DNA from: Nemertoderma westbladi
Lineage: Eukaryota > Animalia > Xenacoelomorpha
Reading direction: 5' to 3'
Assembly: GCA_032718475.1 (NCBI GenBank)
Contig: JAUCBJ010006550.1
Location: forward strand, 1 to 40,240
DNA: 40,240 nt
The notes under the pieces were generated by a model. It saw only the letters and a program-made list of their open reading frames with translations. It ran no database searches and had not been told where the DNA came from. Of the stretch, positions 20,900 through 33,171 are shown one piece after another. Positions within the stretch are counted from its first letter, which is position 1. Each line of letters starts with the position of its first letter. A program made the position numbers and the translations under genes.

Positions 20900-21100
20900 A
20901 GTCCATCCAAAGCTATTTCACAATATTTTCTGATGGCTTTTAAAGACCTGGTAATTTCCAACGTAGGCTCTAGAGGGATATTTTTGTCTTTTGAGGGACA
21001 TGTCCTCTGAAAACCATGGTGGCTCTTTGGTGGACACAGTAAGGATCGTATTTGGCGACATCTGGCTCTTGAGGTACATAATATTTTCTAGCGAAGTCAC
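20900..21100 (-). mobile_element. LINE ORF2 linker fragment (CR1/L2-like)
   Basis: TVSTKEPPWFSED...RAY.GNYQVFK resembles the PW-containing linker between EN and RT. Confidence 0.35.
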
Positions 21101-22229
21101 TTACAATGGTGAACCCATGATTGGTTTGCATTGGAATTAATTGCTTATTATTTTCTTCTTAAAATTGTTAATTAATAACGTTTTCAGTGTTATTTTGTTT
21201 TAATTAATATTTTGTTTTAATTTTTTTAAATTGATTTAAAAACTTAGTTTTGATCGAGTTATTCAAAACTCTTTCACATATTTAAACTACAGAAATATGA
21301 ATAAAGAAAGATTTGGCAGTTTACATGTAATTTGATGATGACGCCACCCACGAACTTAACGAGATTTAACTGCCTGTTAGCAGTTTAAGTAACTACTGTA
21401 TATCTTAACATCTACATCTTCTATTAAAACATTAAAAATGTGTTTCATAATTGCAACCCCCCCCCCCATGCCCCCCCCCCCCCCCATGCCCCCTCCCAAT
21501 AACACTTGAATGTGGTGAAAGTTTTTTTAAGATTTGATTATTATACTGTATTACACAAACTTAATATCCAATATTCAAAATAATTACCAAAAATCAGTTA
21601 TCGGTTCAATCAGTTAATCAGCTACCGATATAATTTTTTTAATTAACATAATAATTATAGCCTACCCTGCAGTAGTGAATAGCTACTGCGGCGAACGTGG
21701 CTTTAGTAGGACCTACATCCTTCAAGAGCCACTGACAATAACATTTAGATCAATTTTTGAGTGCATACATTTTTTATTCTCCAAAGTGTGTTCAACTGGA
21801 GCCAAAAATTCTAGAACCAATGAGGAAGTATTTCAGGTTCTTCTCTGTCACCTCGGAAAGGCATACTCATCTCGGAAAGCCATACTTTTCATCCTTCCGT
21901 GACTTTTGTGTATCGCTAATTAAAGTTATTCAATAAAAACTTACTGTAAAATGGACATTCTGTATCTCCGCCAGTCCATTCTTCAAGTCGCCACACCTGA
22001 TGCGAGGGAAAACATAAATATTTAGAGTCTGTCTAAAGTTTAGAAAATCACAAAAATATTTGAGGGTAATGGGGCAATCCACGAAGATGATCAGCCTTCT
22101 CATTTCGTTTCGACGTAATAGTAGTGTAGGGCCTACTAGGGTTCGCTGCGACACCTGCTGCACAAAGACACCACCACTTGGTACCAGTTGAGAAACTACG
22201 CGTTATTTGTTACTTCCATTCTTTTTAAA

Positions 22230-22968
22230 CCGTAATCCCTCCCATCCACATTCTCACTTATTTGTAAAAGCATCTTCCGTTCACTCCTAGAGTACGCGCG
22301 CTGCCACATCGGGTCTGTTTCACCTGACTCCTATACGGCTTTAAGTCCCACACAAGTCAGTATCTGCTCAAGGTCCGCTCCTCTGGAACGCTTTGCCAAA
22401 ATTTCTCCGCGATATTCGAACTCGTCCATCCTTCGATCGTGCTGTTAAAAAGTCAAAAACTAAAAAACAACTAAAAAGTTAAAAAGTTTGAGTCTCGGGA
22501 CTGATGGCACTAATCCCGTGTTTGCTGTTTAATTTACCCGTTTTTCTCATCTATTTCATCTGCGTCCCTTCCTTCGCCCCCCTGATTAACAATATTAGTA
22601 AATCATAGTTATCTTATGAGTGATCCATGACTATAGTGTATAATTCTTTAATTCAACACCCATTGCCTATCTATCTATTAACTGTATGATCTACCTTACA
22701 TTGCCTTAACACCACTCTGATGCCACTCCAGTATTGCACCATTTCACCCAACCGATTTAAGTTTTTAAGATATTCCCGCACTTATCACTTTTTGCCCTGC
22801 CAAATATTCCTCCTTATATGTGAGTGGGCCAAGGCAACACTAGCTCTGCTATAGCGGTGGCCCACCCACACTCCAAAGTACCCAGCAGATTCTGTGGTAT
22901 TGATTAGTTTGTTGTTTTTTATATAAATTTTGAGGAAATAAATAAATTCAATTTAAATTCAAATAAAT
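22230..22968 (+). mobile_element. CR1/L2-type LINE 3' fragment with 3' UTR
   Basis: VHS*STRAA...KSVSAQGPLLWNALPKFLRDIRTRPSFDRAVK, followed by a GTGGGCCA...TGGCCCAC stem-loop and AATAAA-containing tail. Confidence 0.7.
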
Positions 22969-23059
22969 TCTTGTTATTCCATCAGTAGGGCCAACCAGAC
23001 TACTGACTTTTTAATAAACTACAAGTACGACGCGTATTTTGAAACTATGCGTAGCAATT

Positions 23060-23925
23060 AAGTTTCGCGAGATATATGACTCCTTCCAAAATATATGACT
23101 TTTACGATTAATGTCTTTCCGATATGTGTATGCTTTACGGGGTAAATTCTATGCGTTCTGAGATATATGACGTCCGGTATGCCAAGAAAATTAAACCATT
23201 CCGAGATCTTTATAGATTCCGAGATAAGTATTCCTTCCGGGATGAGTAGGCCTCCACCATTCTGAATTATGTAGGTATGTCTTTTCGATGATAATATCCT
23301 TGCTAAGATATGTAGGCCATCGTGATGAGTATGATTTCCGAGATGAGTATCCCTTTCCGGAATGTGTATGCATTTCGAGATGAGCATGAATTCCGAGATG
23401 CCTTCTGATATGCGTATACATTTTCGATATGAATATGCATTCCAAGGTATGCCTTCAGAGATAAATGTCTTTCCGAGATGTGTATGGTTTCAGAGTTGAG
23501 TATGAATTCCGAGAAATATGACTTGCGAAATAAATATGGCTTTCCGAGGCATATCTGGTTCAGATAAAACTATACATTTCCGAGATGTGTATGCTTTATG
23601 GCGTAAATTTTATAGCTTCCGAGATATATGACTTCCGGTATGTTGCACACCAAGTAAATTAAGCCATTCCGAGATGTTGATGGATTCCGAGATAAGTATT
23701 CATTCCGGGTTGAGTAGGCCTACACCTTTCCGAATTATGTATTCCGTCTGGGTCCGAACTGTGTCTTTTCGAGATGATAATATCCATGACGAGATGTGTA
23801 CGCCATCAAGATGAGAATTTATTTCCGAGATGAGTATGCCTTCCTAGATATAAGCCTTCCAAGATGAGTTGCTTCGTAGATAACAATTCGAGATGGGCAT
23901 GCATTCCGAAATGAGCATGGCTTTC
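23060..23925. repeat. Degenerate ~20-bp TTCCGAGAT-core satellite with a higher-order ~250-bp duplication
   Basis: Many TTCCGAGAT(G/A) cores; block ~23115-23360 recurs at ~23577-23845. Confidence 0.85.
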
Positions 23926-25148
23926 CTTAATGCATAATTCTGGTTAGGAGGGTTAAAAAAATATATTTTTTTTGAAAACTAATTTTTCAATATAACAACT
24001 CTAAGCACAGATAGTAAGTATTGGAAAAAAAAAATAGAAGCATTGAAGTTTCAAGCACAAAAATCCGAATTTAGTGAAACCTCAAATACCCCTCTTTGCT
24101 GCAGTGTTTAATACAATGGTGATGTGCCCAATTCGCAGCCATACACTATTCACGTCTAGAAATCGTGATTTGTAAAATATCAAACTTAAATATAATTAAA
24201 CACAGTTTTTGTCTACTCAAAAATATAATATATAATCGCATCTCTAAAAAGCCAATTTTTTGTTCGAAAAATCGAAAATTAAAATTTTTGAAAATTTATA
24301 TTTTTTGAAAAGCTGAAGCTCAAAATAACAACTTTAAATGTCGAATATAGTAAGTATGGCAAAAATGAGAAACATTGAAGCCGTTTCAAGTGCAAAAAAT
24401 GAAATTATGTATGCATGAAAATCCATTATTCCTGATAATCCTAGAAAGTTCGCCAAATGCTACGATATGTAGTGTACTGCTATGTTTGTCATGATAACGA
24501 AAGATATATTAGAAAAATGTAACGTTCCAGAAACAAAATTTACCACTTATTTTAGATCTTTGCTTTGCTTTGCTTACCTTTTAATAGTTGATTCCAATAT
24601 CTGAAATTTCAGGATTCGTCTTTTAAAAAATGATATATATTGTTGGCTCTATAGGGACATTGGATATACATCTTTTGTTTTCCAGAAAAGCAACTTCTCC
24701 CCTTTGGTTATATTATGTTATAAATAAATTTGGAAATATAAAATATATCTTTTTTTTCTATTGGGCGAAATTCGATGGAACAAAAACAAATGGGTAGATA
24801 ATATAGTTAATATTGGAAATCCATAGTTGATAATGTAATGTTGAGTAATTTATTGTTATAACAATTTCGAACATGACGCAAAAGTGAAGGCTCGTCAGGA
24901 ACATGTTAGCCATATATATATATAATTAGATGTGTTACATATTAGACACCTGATTTGAACACATGAAATATCTACAATAAAGTAGACATGTCAGTTAGAT
25001 AGATAGCTCAACTTTTATTTAGAATAAACTGAGTTATCCAAAGGTGTGAGTAAATCTATTAATAAATTGTATTATTCCAATATGTTTGATAATATATATT
25101 ATTGTAATGAATATAATACATTTGTCATCATTCACACTTCTTTTCTAG

Positions 25149-25691
25149 GAAGAAACCAATTGCATAAACTTTGGAAAAACAAAAAAAATAGTAGGTACTT
25201 TACACTGTGATAAAAGTTCCCCAGGTTTATGGGTGAATATACTTGAAAGGAACCAAGGTTCCATCACATTTAATAAAGACTGGGATGAATATGTTAAAGG
25301 ATTTGGAAATTCAGACGAATATTGGCTGGGATTGGAAAATATACACAAACTTACTGAAAATCCAGTACGAGTTCGATTATATCACTGGGATGGTGATGAT
25401 ACTCGAACCTCTGATGAATACTCCTCATTTAAAGTTGGTTCTAAAGATACCGATTACGCGCTGGAGATATATGGCTATAATGAGCCAGACCTAGAAGCTG
25501 AAGGGCTAGAAGCTCTTAATAGTCTACCTTTTACCACAAAAGATAGGGATAATGACGATAGTGAGAGTGATAACTGTGCGGTGTTCCATGGTAGAGGATG
25601 GTGGTACGGTGGTGATGGGTGCAACAAAGATAATTTCCTAGGGCTGGATAAAACGATGATAACCAAAATGATGATACTTGTTAATGAAACT
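25149..25691 (+). CDS. FReD exon B, phase 0-0, 181 codons
   Basis: Acceptor TTTTCTAG|GAAGAA, donor |GTAAGT; EETNC...HCD....LW..ILER..GSITFNKDWDEYVKGFGN..EYWLGLENIHKLT...FTTKDRDND....NCA....GWWY...C. Confidence 0.92.
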
Positions 25692-26320
25692 GTAAGTAAT
25701 TCGTCAATTATAAAATTAATACTAATAATCCAGCTTAGCTTACATCTCCTGATATCTCAATATGGGGCGAGTTAGAGCAACGAGCAATCAGCGATCTGTT
25801 ATAATTATACTATGGCCGTTTTCCAAAAGTCTGTAGTATAATTAAAATTGTTCATTGTGGGCTGACGTGTTATTGTTCACAAATACCCTAAATGTTACCA
25901 TCTGTAAACCTGCTACCGATACTGGTGAACTTGTAAGCAATGCTGCAGTGTTTATTTATGGGAATAATTTAATCTTGATTTAACGACATATTAATTAATT
26001 GGAACTAAATTTTAAATGTTTTAAAAAACCTAATCAAATGTAATATACAGTATACTTATGGGGTGTTAAACAATTCCCGGTTGGTATGACAATCAATTGG
26101 TTTGAACATTTATATTGAACACAAAATCTATAACAATCAAGCAATATCTGGTTTTTAAAAATTTAAGTGCATCGCAGTGTGATTGCTCTTACTTCTAGGT
26201 AGTGGTCATATTTCACTCTGAGATTATCTTAGAGTTCCTAGTTAATTATTCTGAATAATTATTATTCTCTATAATATATAATTTACGAATTTATGTCATT
26301 TTTCAATTATTATCTTTTAG

Positions 26321-26859
26321 GAAGAGAGCTAAATGCCCATCATCTGGTGTTTCTCAAAGATATTGATACTATTGGTAAATTCGAACATATAAACTGCGAT
26401 ACCAATTCTTTAGGACTGTGGTTAATAATTCTTGACAGGAGTATTGATTGTTCACTCGACTTAAATCATACCTGGAATGAATATGAAAACGGATTTGGCG
26501 ATATAGAAAATGAGTACTGGTTAGGATTGAAAGCTATCCACAAATATACTCAAGGCTCAGTTAGACTTAGAATAGACACCAAGTTTGGTCTTAGAACGAA
26601 ACATTATGAATATTCATCAATTAAAGTTGGTTCCGCTACGACCAAATATGCGCTTGAAATATATGGCCGAGCTACAGATTACCCATTTAATCGCCAACAA
26701 TTTACTACAAAGGGTAAGGATAATGATAACAATGCAGAGGTTAACTGTGCAGAGAGCCTTGGTTCTGGCTGGTGGTATGATGATTGCAACGATGAATTTA
26801 CTATTCTTACACCCAATCCACTCGTAAAAACACAAATGAAAATACTTGTGAACCAATCA
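26321..26859 (+). pseudogene. FReD exon C; 539 bp, out of frame from its homologous acceptor (frameshifted, or uses a weak downstream GAG acceptor)
   Basis: Acceptor TCTTTTAG|GAAGAG, donor |GTAAGT; FReD motifs intact (WNEYENGFGD..EYWLGLKAIH, FTTKGKDND, NCA..GWWY..C) but phase-0 reading hits TAA at 26330. Confidence 0.7.
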
Positions 26860-27485
26860 GTAAGTTAATCTATTTATCAAATATTACTCTTCTTAATATC
26901 CAGTCTGGGGTGGGGGGGGGGGGGGGGGGGGCTGTATGATAGTCTGTTCTAGGACAATTGTTATGGAGTTACAGTAATACTTCTTGCTACATTTTTTATA
27001 TTTAATATTTTTTATTAAACTTTAGCTTTCATTCTAAAAAGGAACTGGCATACAGTATATATATAAATAATAACACACTTTAACAGATGACAAATACTAC
27101 ACAAGCAATGACAAGTAAGACACATGAGACAAGTTATGTATGTACAGTACACCGATATATTTTATCTGAAAAGGCATACAGTATACATAGAAACACATCC
27201 AGACCACCCCCTCAGACACCCCCACGTTCCACACCCCAACAATACAACTACAAATTACACATATAAAAGGCACGCTGACATACAGTATGTATTTGGAATG
27301 TGAGGGAGATCCAATATAATTTTTTTAATTATTTTAATTTGAACTATTCGAATACTCAATCCCCGGACGTATAGTTTATTATAATGCTATAGTAATTGAT
27401 TGTTCTGTTACTGTACTGCATTGTCATGTATTATTATATGTTTTACTCAGGCCTCACCTATTCGGAATTGCCTGAGAGCAATGGG

Positions 27486-27595
27486 GATGGGGACCTGTGA
27501 TCATATGCACCAGATGGGGACCTGGGATCATTGTAGCACCAGATGGGGACCTGGGATCATATGCACCAGATGGGGACCTGGGATCATATGCACCA
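27486..27595. repeat. 27-bp minisatellite (GATGGGGACCTGGGATCATATGCACCA) x4
   Basis: Four head-to-tail units, no spacers. Confidence 0.92.
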
Positions 27596-28049
27596 GATTA
27601 GATTAGACATGAACTTATTGGATCATAAATTAGTAGGAATTCGAACAACAGTTCGCACATTATAATCTAAAAGTAATCGTTCTAATCTAGAATATACTAG
27701 ATTGTGGTGACTGGGTGGGCGTAATACAGTCGGTAGCGGTAGGTACCTAACTTTTGAACTTTGAACCTTTTATTTCCAATTTCTATAAGATGCACAAGAT
27801 AATACTGTTTAAAACATATAAGTATAAGATATGATTTAGAGGTAGATTACAGAATAAAAACAATAAGAACATAAAAATACATAAAGTACATATTGTGGTT
27901 GGTGGCAGAAACAGGAGATCCCATTAATTCAGCCATTAAAGCACAACTATAACTAACTAAAACACTTACATGAACCACATGGAGCAAGTAGTCACACTCC
28001 ACCAGGATGTAGCGTGTCATGCTAACTGCTGAGGACACAAAATCTCTGG

Positions 28050-28209
28050 ATGGCACATTCACAAGAATGCTACTCCGGGTTCAATTGTGTCAAGTACAAT
28101 GCACACATCTCCAACCAGACACTATATAACATTGGAGGTGTCTCATTGGTTCCCCCAAGCTTGACACTAGAACAAAATCGCCTCCGCTTTGCAGGACATT
28201 GCTTTCGCC
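28050..28209 (+). mobile_element. Internal RTE-clade fragment (same family)
   Basis: TGTCTCATTGGTTCCCCCAAGCTTGACACTAGAACAAA.TCGCCTCCGCTTTGCAGGACATTGCTTT matches 37368-37435. Confidence 0.85.
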
Positions 28210-28454
28210 ATAGGTTTATCAGCGTCAACTTCAAATGCTTTAAATCGGCCACAATCGCATCTCTACCATTTCTTTGGTGATCGGTCTTTACAAAGAGCAG
28301 CAATCTCCAGGATTTTAATTATATTAACTGTACCTTTAAAGTGGATAGGCCTACTATTCCTGATTCTGACCGAATAGTTATCCAAAAGGCTCTTGGCGAT
28401 TGTTCGGGGCTGCGTGTACTAACGTCAATGAAGGATAGGATTAAGAACATCAGG

Positions 28455-29125
28455 GACGATGTGGTTAATGTGTTAAATATTCTATCTATTATTTTTACTG
28501 GTATTTTTGTCCACGGTTACATGCCGATTGGTATGATGGAATCTATTATAATTCCGTTAATTAAGGATAAGAATGATGACCACACGTCTAAGGATAATTA
28601 TAGAGGTATTTCAATTGCTACAGTGCTCAGTTAAATTTTAGAAAATGTTATCTTACATAGGTGTCTATCCCTACTGTACACTACCGATAACCAGTTTGGC
28701 TTCAAGTCGAAGCTTGGCACTGAAACCTGCGTATATGCCCTAAAAGAGATTCTCAATTATTATTTAAGTAAGAACACACCCGTTTATGTGTGTATGCTAG
28801 ACGCCAGCAAAGCTTTTGACAAAGTTAACCACTTTGTACTTTTCGCAAACTTATTGATCGAAATATTCCCCTATATATTATTGTGCGTCTGATTATTTAT
28901 TGGTATAGGTCGCAGTTGATGTGTGTTGTTTGGGCGGGTATAGTCTCACCGAAATTTACGGTGACTAATGGTACAAACAAGGGTGGCATTCTGTCTCCCC
29001 TGTTTTTCAATGTTTATTTAGATGATTTAAGCATTCAATTAACATTAAGCGGGGTTGGATGTTATATGGGTAATATCAGGGTAAATCACTTGGGTTATGC
29101 TGATGATATCTGTTTGTTGTCAAAC
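28455..29125 (+). pseudogene. Decayed non-LTR reverse transcriptase fragment (RTEX-like)
   Basis: IIPLIKDK...DNYRGISI, NQFGFK, LDASKAFDKVNH, GGILSPLFFNVYLDDL, GYADDICL with a stop and frameshift. Confidence 0.85.
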
Positions 29126-29439
29126 TCAATTTACAGGTTTGTCTGTAATTGTTTCAACAGCAATATGGAGTGTATGGATTCTGAAGATATTGTTGGTAAT
29201 GACCCCTGTATGTTGCTGCTGTAGAACATGTTAATAGAGATTGTCGATTAATAGAGATGTTAATCGAAATTGTTCACCTGTTCCAGCTGATTATGATAGG
29301 ATTTGTAAAGGATTTATCGTGCCTTCAGCACGATAAAGCTCTTAAACGGCTTTTTGTATCTCAAAAATAATCTCTAGTGTTAATACACTTTGTTTATTGT
29401 TTTTGGTTTCTCAGTGTGAAGACTGACTTGAAAATAGCT

Positions 29440-30230
29440 CGCATTAGTACACCTTGTCTCAGTAGATCTTGAAAAAGCGTTTGATACCAAGGACCACACG
29501 TTATTACTAAAAAACAAGATTGTTATGGTGTTAGCGGCCTCTCTCTCAAATTACTTCATAGTTTCTTAGATAACCGTACGCGAGTAGTACAGATCAACGA
29601 CGTTAGCTCTGACTCTATAATATGTACTCCATGTGGGTGCGCACATACTGTAGGGTGGAATTTTAAGCCAGCTTTTATTTTTAATTTTTATCAAATACTT
29701 TACCAAATTAATGCCTACACTTTTTGCTGATGACACCATGCTACTGTATTGTGACAAGAATATCAACACTCTTACAACCATTAACACTGAACTAGAAAAA
29801 GTGGATGATTGGCTCTGTGACAACAAACTATCTCTAAACCTAAAACAGACGGAATATATTATCTTTGACAACCACAATCTACACCTACAATTCCAGCAGT
29901 TAATATTCGTTCAAATTCAATAACTAATACTAAATCAACCAAATTTATTGTTATACATCGACAATGAAATAAAATGGAAAATTCGTTGCGAGTACATCTT
30001 ATCGAAAATTTCAAAATTATCTGGCTTATATTTTAAACTGAGACACATTCTTCCTTTTCTTTGCACATATACTACAGACGTTATATTTCACACTGATCCA
30101 TCCACACATTCTGTATGTTGTAGTTCTGTGGGGAAACATAATCTTATCTAACAAAAGGAAAATACAATTAAATAAAGTAATTAGAGCGATAATGTATTGC
30201 CATTTCCAATCTCATGCAGCTACTATATAC
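29440..30230 (+). pseudogene. Decayed CR1/L2-type reverse transcriptase fragment
   Basis: DLEKAFDT.DH..LL, LFADDT.L...NTELEKVDDWLCDNKLSLN..TEYIIF, IDNEIKWK; multiple frameshifts. Confidence 0.8.
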
Positions 30231-30849
30231 AAAATTTTTAAAAGTTTTACAACTTGATAAACTATTTGTTTGATATTAAAAAAGGTACTAAGACAGATGC
30301 TCTACAAAATTGTTTAAAGAAACTATATACATGTACGAATTCTTTTACCCACAAAGCAGAAACCTACTAGCTTCGCTACTGTTTCTGCGTGGGCAGTAAA
30401 TTAACCTGAATTGATTTATGCATTTATTTTCTGTTATGTGTAATTATTGCTTGTTCGAATATTAATTAAAGGACCAAGCCTTCCCGGATTGAATCTTGAA
30501 TCAATGAATTTATAGGGAAGGGGGCACAACTGTCAACTGTAGTTACACCCGCACATGTTTGAATTTACATACCGGTAGCAATCCCAGAATTATTGTAAAA
30601 TAAATAGATGTATCGGTTAGCTATATTATTATTATCATCATTAATGCATAGGCACAGAGATCTCAGTTACCACCATTATTTAGCAGCAACAACTATACCC
30701 AATTGGTGTAAACGCCATGTCACACACCTACACATAAGCTTCTTACGCTACATCTATTATCGTTTATCTTTCTCTTCTCTGTAATACAAATGTTACATTT
30801 TTACACTCTGTCACATTTCTATATAGTCTTGTTAAACTTTTTATCAAAG

Positions 30850-31230
30850 ATTGACTAAGCTGAATTCTTCTTAGCGTTTAACTTCCAAAGATAAACATCG
30901 GTTTTCACTTAACGTACTCAAATCCTAAGAAGGCGAGCTCCCTAGGCTGGCGGCCTCTAGTATTTGTCTCAATGTTGACATCTTGTCAGTTAAGCTGTAT
31001 CCTAACCATATTCAGGAAATCTCTAATCGTATAAGGTCTTAAGATCGTTTATTTGATCATGAGGACAACTTCTGTCATTTGGGATCACGGATCCGGGTTT
31101 CAGGTGAAAATCTTCGAATACTTGAGTAAATCTTAAAGATTTGGGGAATACATGAGCATTATTGAATGGATTTGTCTAGAATTTGAAGTAAAGTTTGAGG
31201 TGTTGCATAGAATTGACACACTGACCTTCA
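30850..31230 (+). mobile_element. Highly decayed RTE-clade fragment (same family)
   Basis: GGACAACTTCTGTCATTTGGGATCACGGATCCGG..TCAGGTGAAAATCTTCGAATAC matches 16716-16774; boundaries approximate. Confidence 0.65.
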
Positions 31231-31751
31231 AATACGTATGGGCAAAGCATGGACTCTTGGAAGCATTACTTGGTCTGTAGAGGATTTTTAGTCGCGATAT
31301 ATTATATTGGAATCTTATGGTTAATTTAAATAAGCAGTGGACCCAAAAATTAAAATTATAATCGAAATATATAGCACATCTTTGCATATTTTCTTATTTC
31401 TCATATTTTCTTACACCACAGATGAATTTTAGCATAATATGCTGCATTTAGGATTTTAAAACTATATACATCTACAAAATATCTGGTAATCGTATATTTG
31501 AAAATAACAATTACATCCATATATAAACCGTCAATTTCATCGTTACATATACATTTATGGAATTTGCCACAAACAATGACAAATAAAATGCTTTGGTATG
31601 GCAAAAATACATGAATTACACCCATTAGGTATTCACCAATAAATTTATCATACTTTATCTAAATGTAGTTTTAGGTGGATGATCTTCAGCATGAATATGA
31701 TAAATAATATTTATTTATTTATTATTATACCGGCTGATTATTTCATTTCAG

Positions 31752-32273
31752 GAAGAAGCGAAATGTGAAGCTCCACTAAATCCTAGTACGTCATTAAAAT
31801 GTGAAAAAACCGCTGCTGGCTTATGGTTAGTGATTCTAGATCGCATCAGTGAGGAAAATTTCAATAAAACCTGGGAAGAATATAAGAATGGATTTGGATC
31901 AATAGTGAATGATACTGATTATTGGTTAGGGCTGGAAGCAATCCACCTGCTTTCTAAAGGAGGAGTTCGATTTAGAATGGATATCTGGGTTAATGATAGA
32001 CGTTCAACTCTGGAATTTGTTTCATTTAAAGTTGGACCTGAAAAAACCAATTACACTCTGGAACTATATGGACACATTTCATCCGGTAGAGAATCTGGTG
32101 GCATGGGCTCCTTTAACCGTCAACCATTCTCAACAGGGGATACAGATAATGATTTTGATGATGAGCACTGTGCAGCAAGAAGAGGTTCTGGGTGGTGGTA
32201 TAATGAATGTAAAGATGATAATTTCGATATGGCGCCACTTCCAACCGAAATTATGATTCGTCCATTTGATTCC
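31752..32273 (+). CDS. FReD exon D, phase 0-0, 174 codons
   Basis: Acceptor TTTCATTTCAG|GAAGAA, donor |GTTAGT; EEAKC...KCE....LWLVILDR...FNKTWEEYKNGFG...YWLGLEAIH...FSTGDTDND...HCA....GWWY..C. Confidence 0.92.
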
Positions 32274-33171
32274 GTTAGTTGATTTCATGTTTTACCCACC
32301 CTTATTTTGCACACAAAAATAATTTTGACCTATTACGCACGAGGTCAAATTTTGAAACAAAAAAATAATAAGTTGGGTATTAGGCGATGTGTTTCAGAAT
32401 TTAGAGAAAATGGTTTCAGGTATGCTGAATTCGCATTTTTCAGATTGAATAATTATATTTTTAGTCCTATCCATTGCTAAGGTGCTGCACCGGATTCTAA
32501 TTGTTCCATTTAGCATGGTGCTTGAAGCTATTTATATCAGGGGTGTTGTTATTTATCAGTTGGCTCATGTTATAATTTTTTTGTAATTCATCTGTATCTT
32601 TGAGCGAGATTTGTTGTAAGAACAGAGATTTCATGACTTTTTTTCTTAAAATTAAATGGGTTTTCCACCAGCGCAAACGGCAATTCAATATTACCGTTTA
32701 TTGTCAGTTTACATTCTGGAACCCATCGCTTCACAAATGTTTTTCGTGCCGAAATTTTTAAAAGGTTTTGTGATCTACAAAATAAATAAATTTACGATAT
32801 ACAGTATATACTTTTTATTGGATGCTGTTCACGATAATGGAACTCAAAGATACCATTTCCGGGAATATTTGGATTGTGTGCACTATGGGCAGTGCCCCCG
32901 AGTCTGTCACTCAAATATATCGTATCCGACCAGTCATCCAACCATAAAACCAATTTGTTTTTTATTTTATTATTTGCAAAAAAATTTAAATTTTTTCACT
33001 TTTCTAGAGGCATTTTATTTAATGAGCACCCGCGCTGTAATAAAGTTCGAGAGAAAATTGAAAAAAAAAAAATTTGCATGTTTTATTGTTTTTGTATGCA
33101 ATTAATACGTGATTTTATTTTATTCCTAAATTTGAACTTTTTTATTGCTTAACGAACTTTTTTCAACTTAG

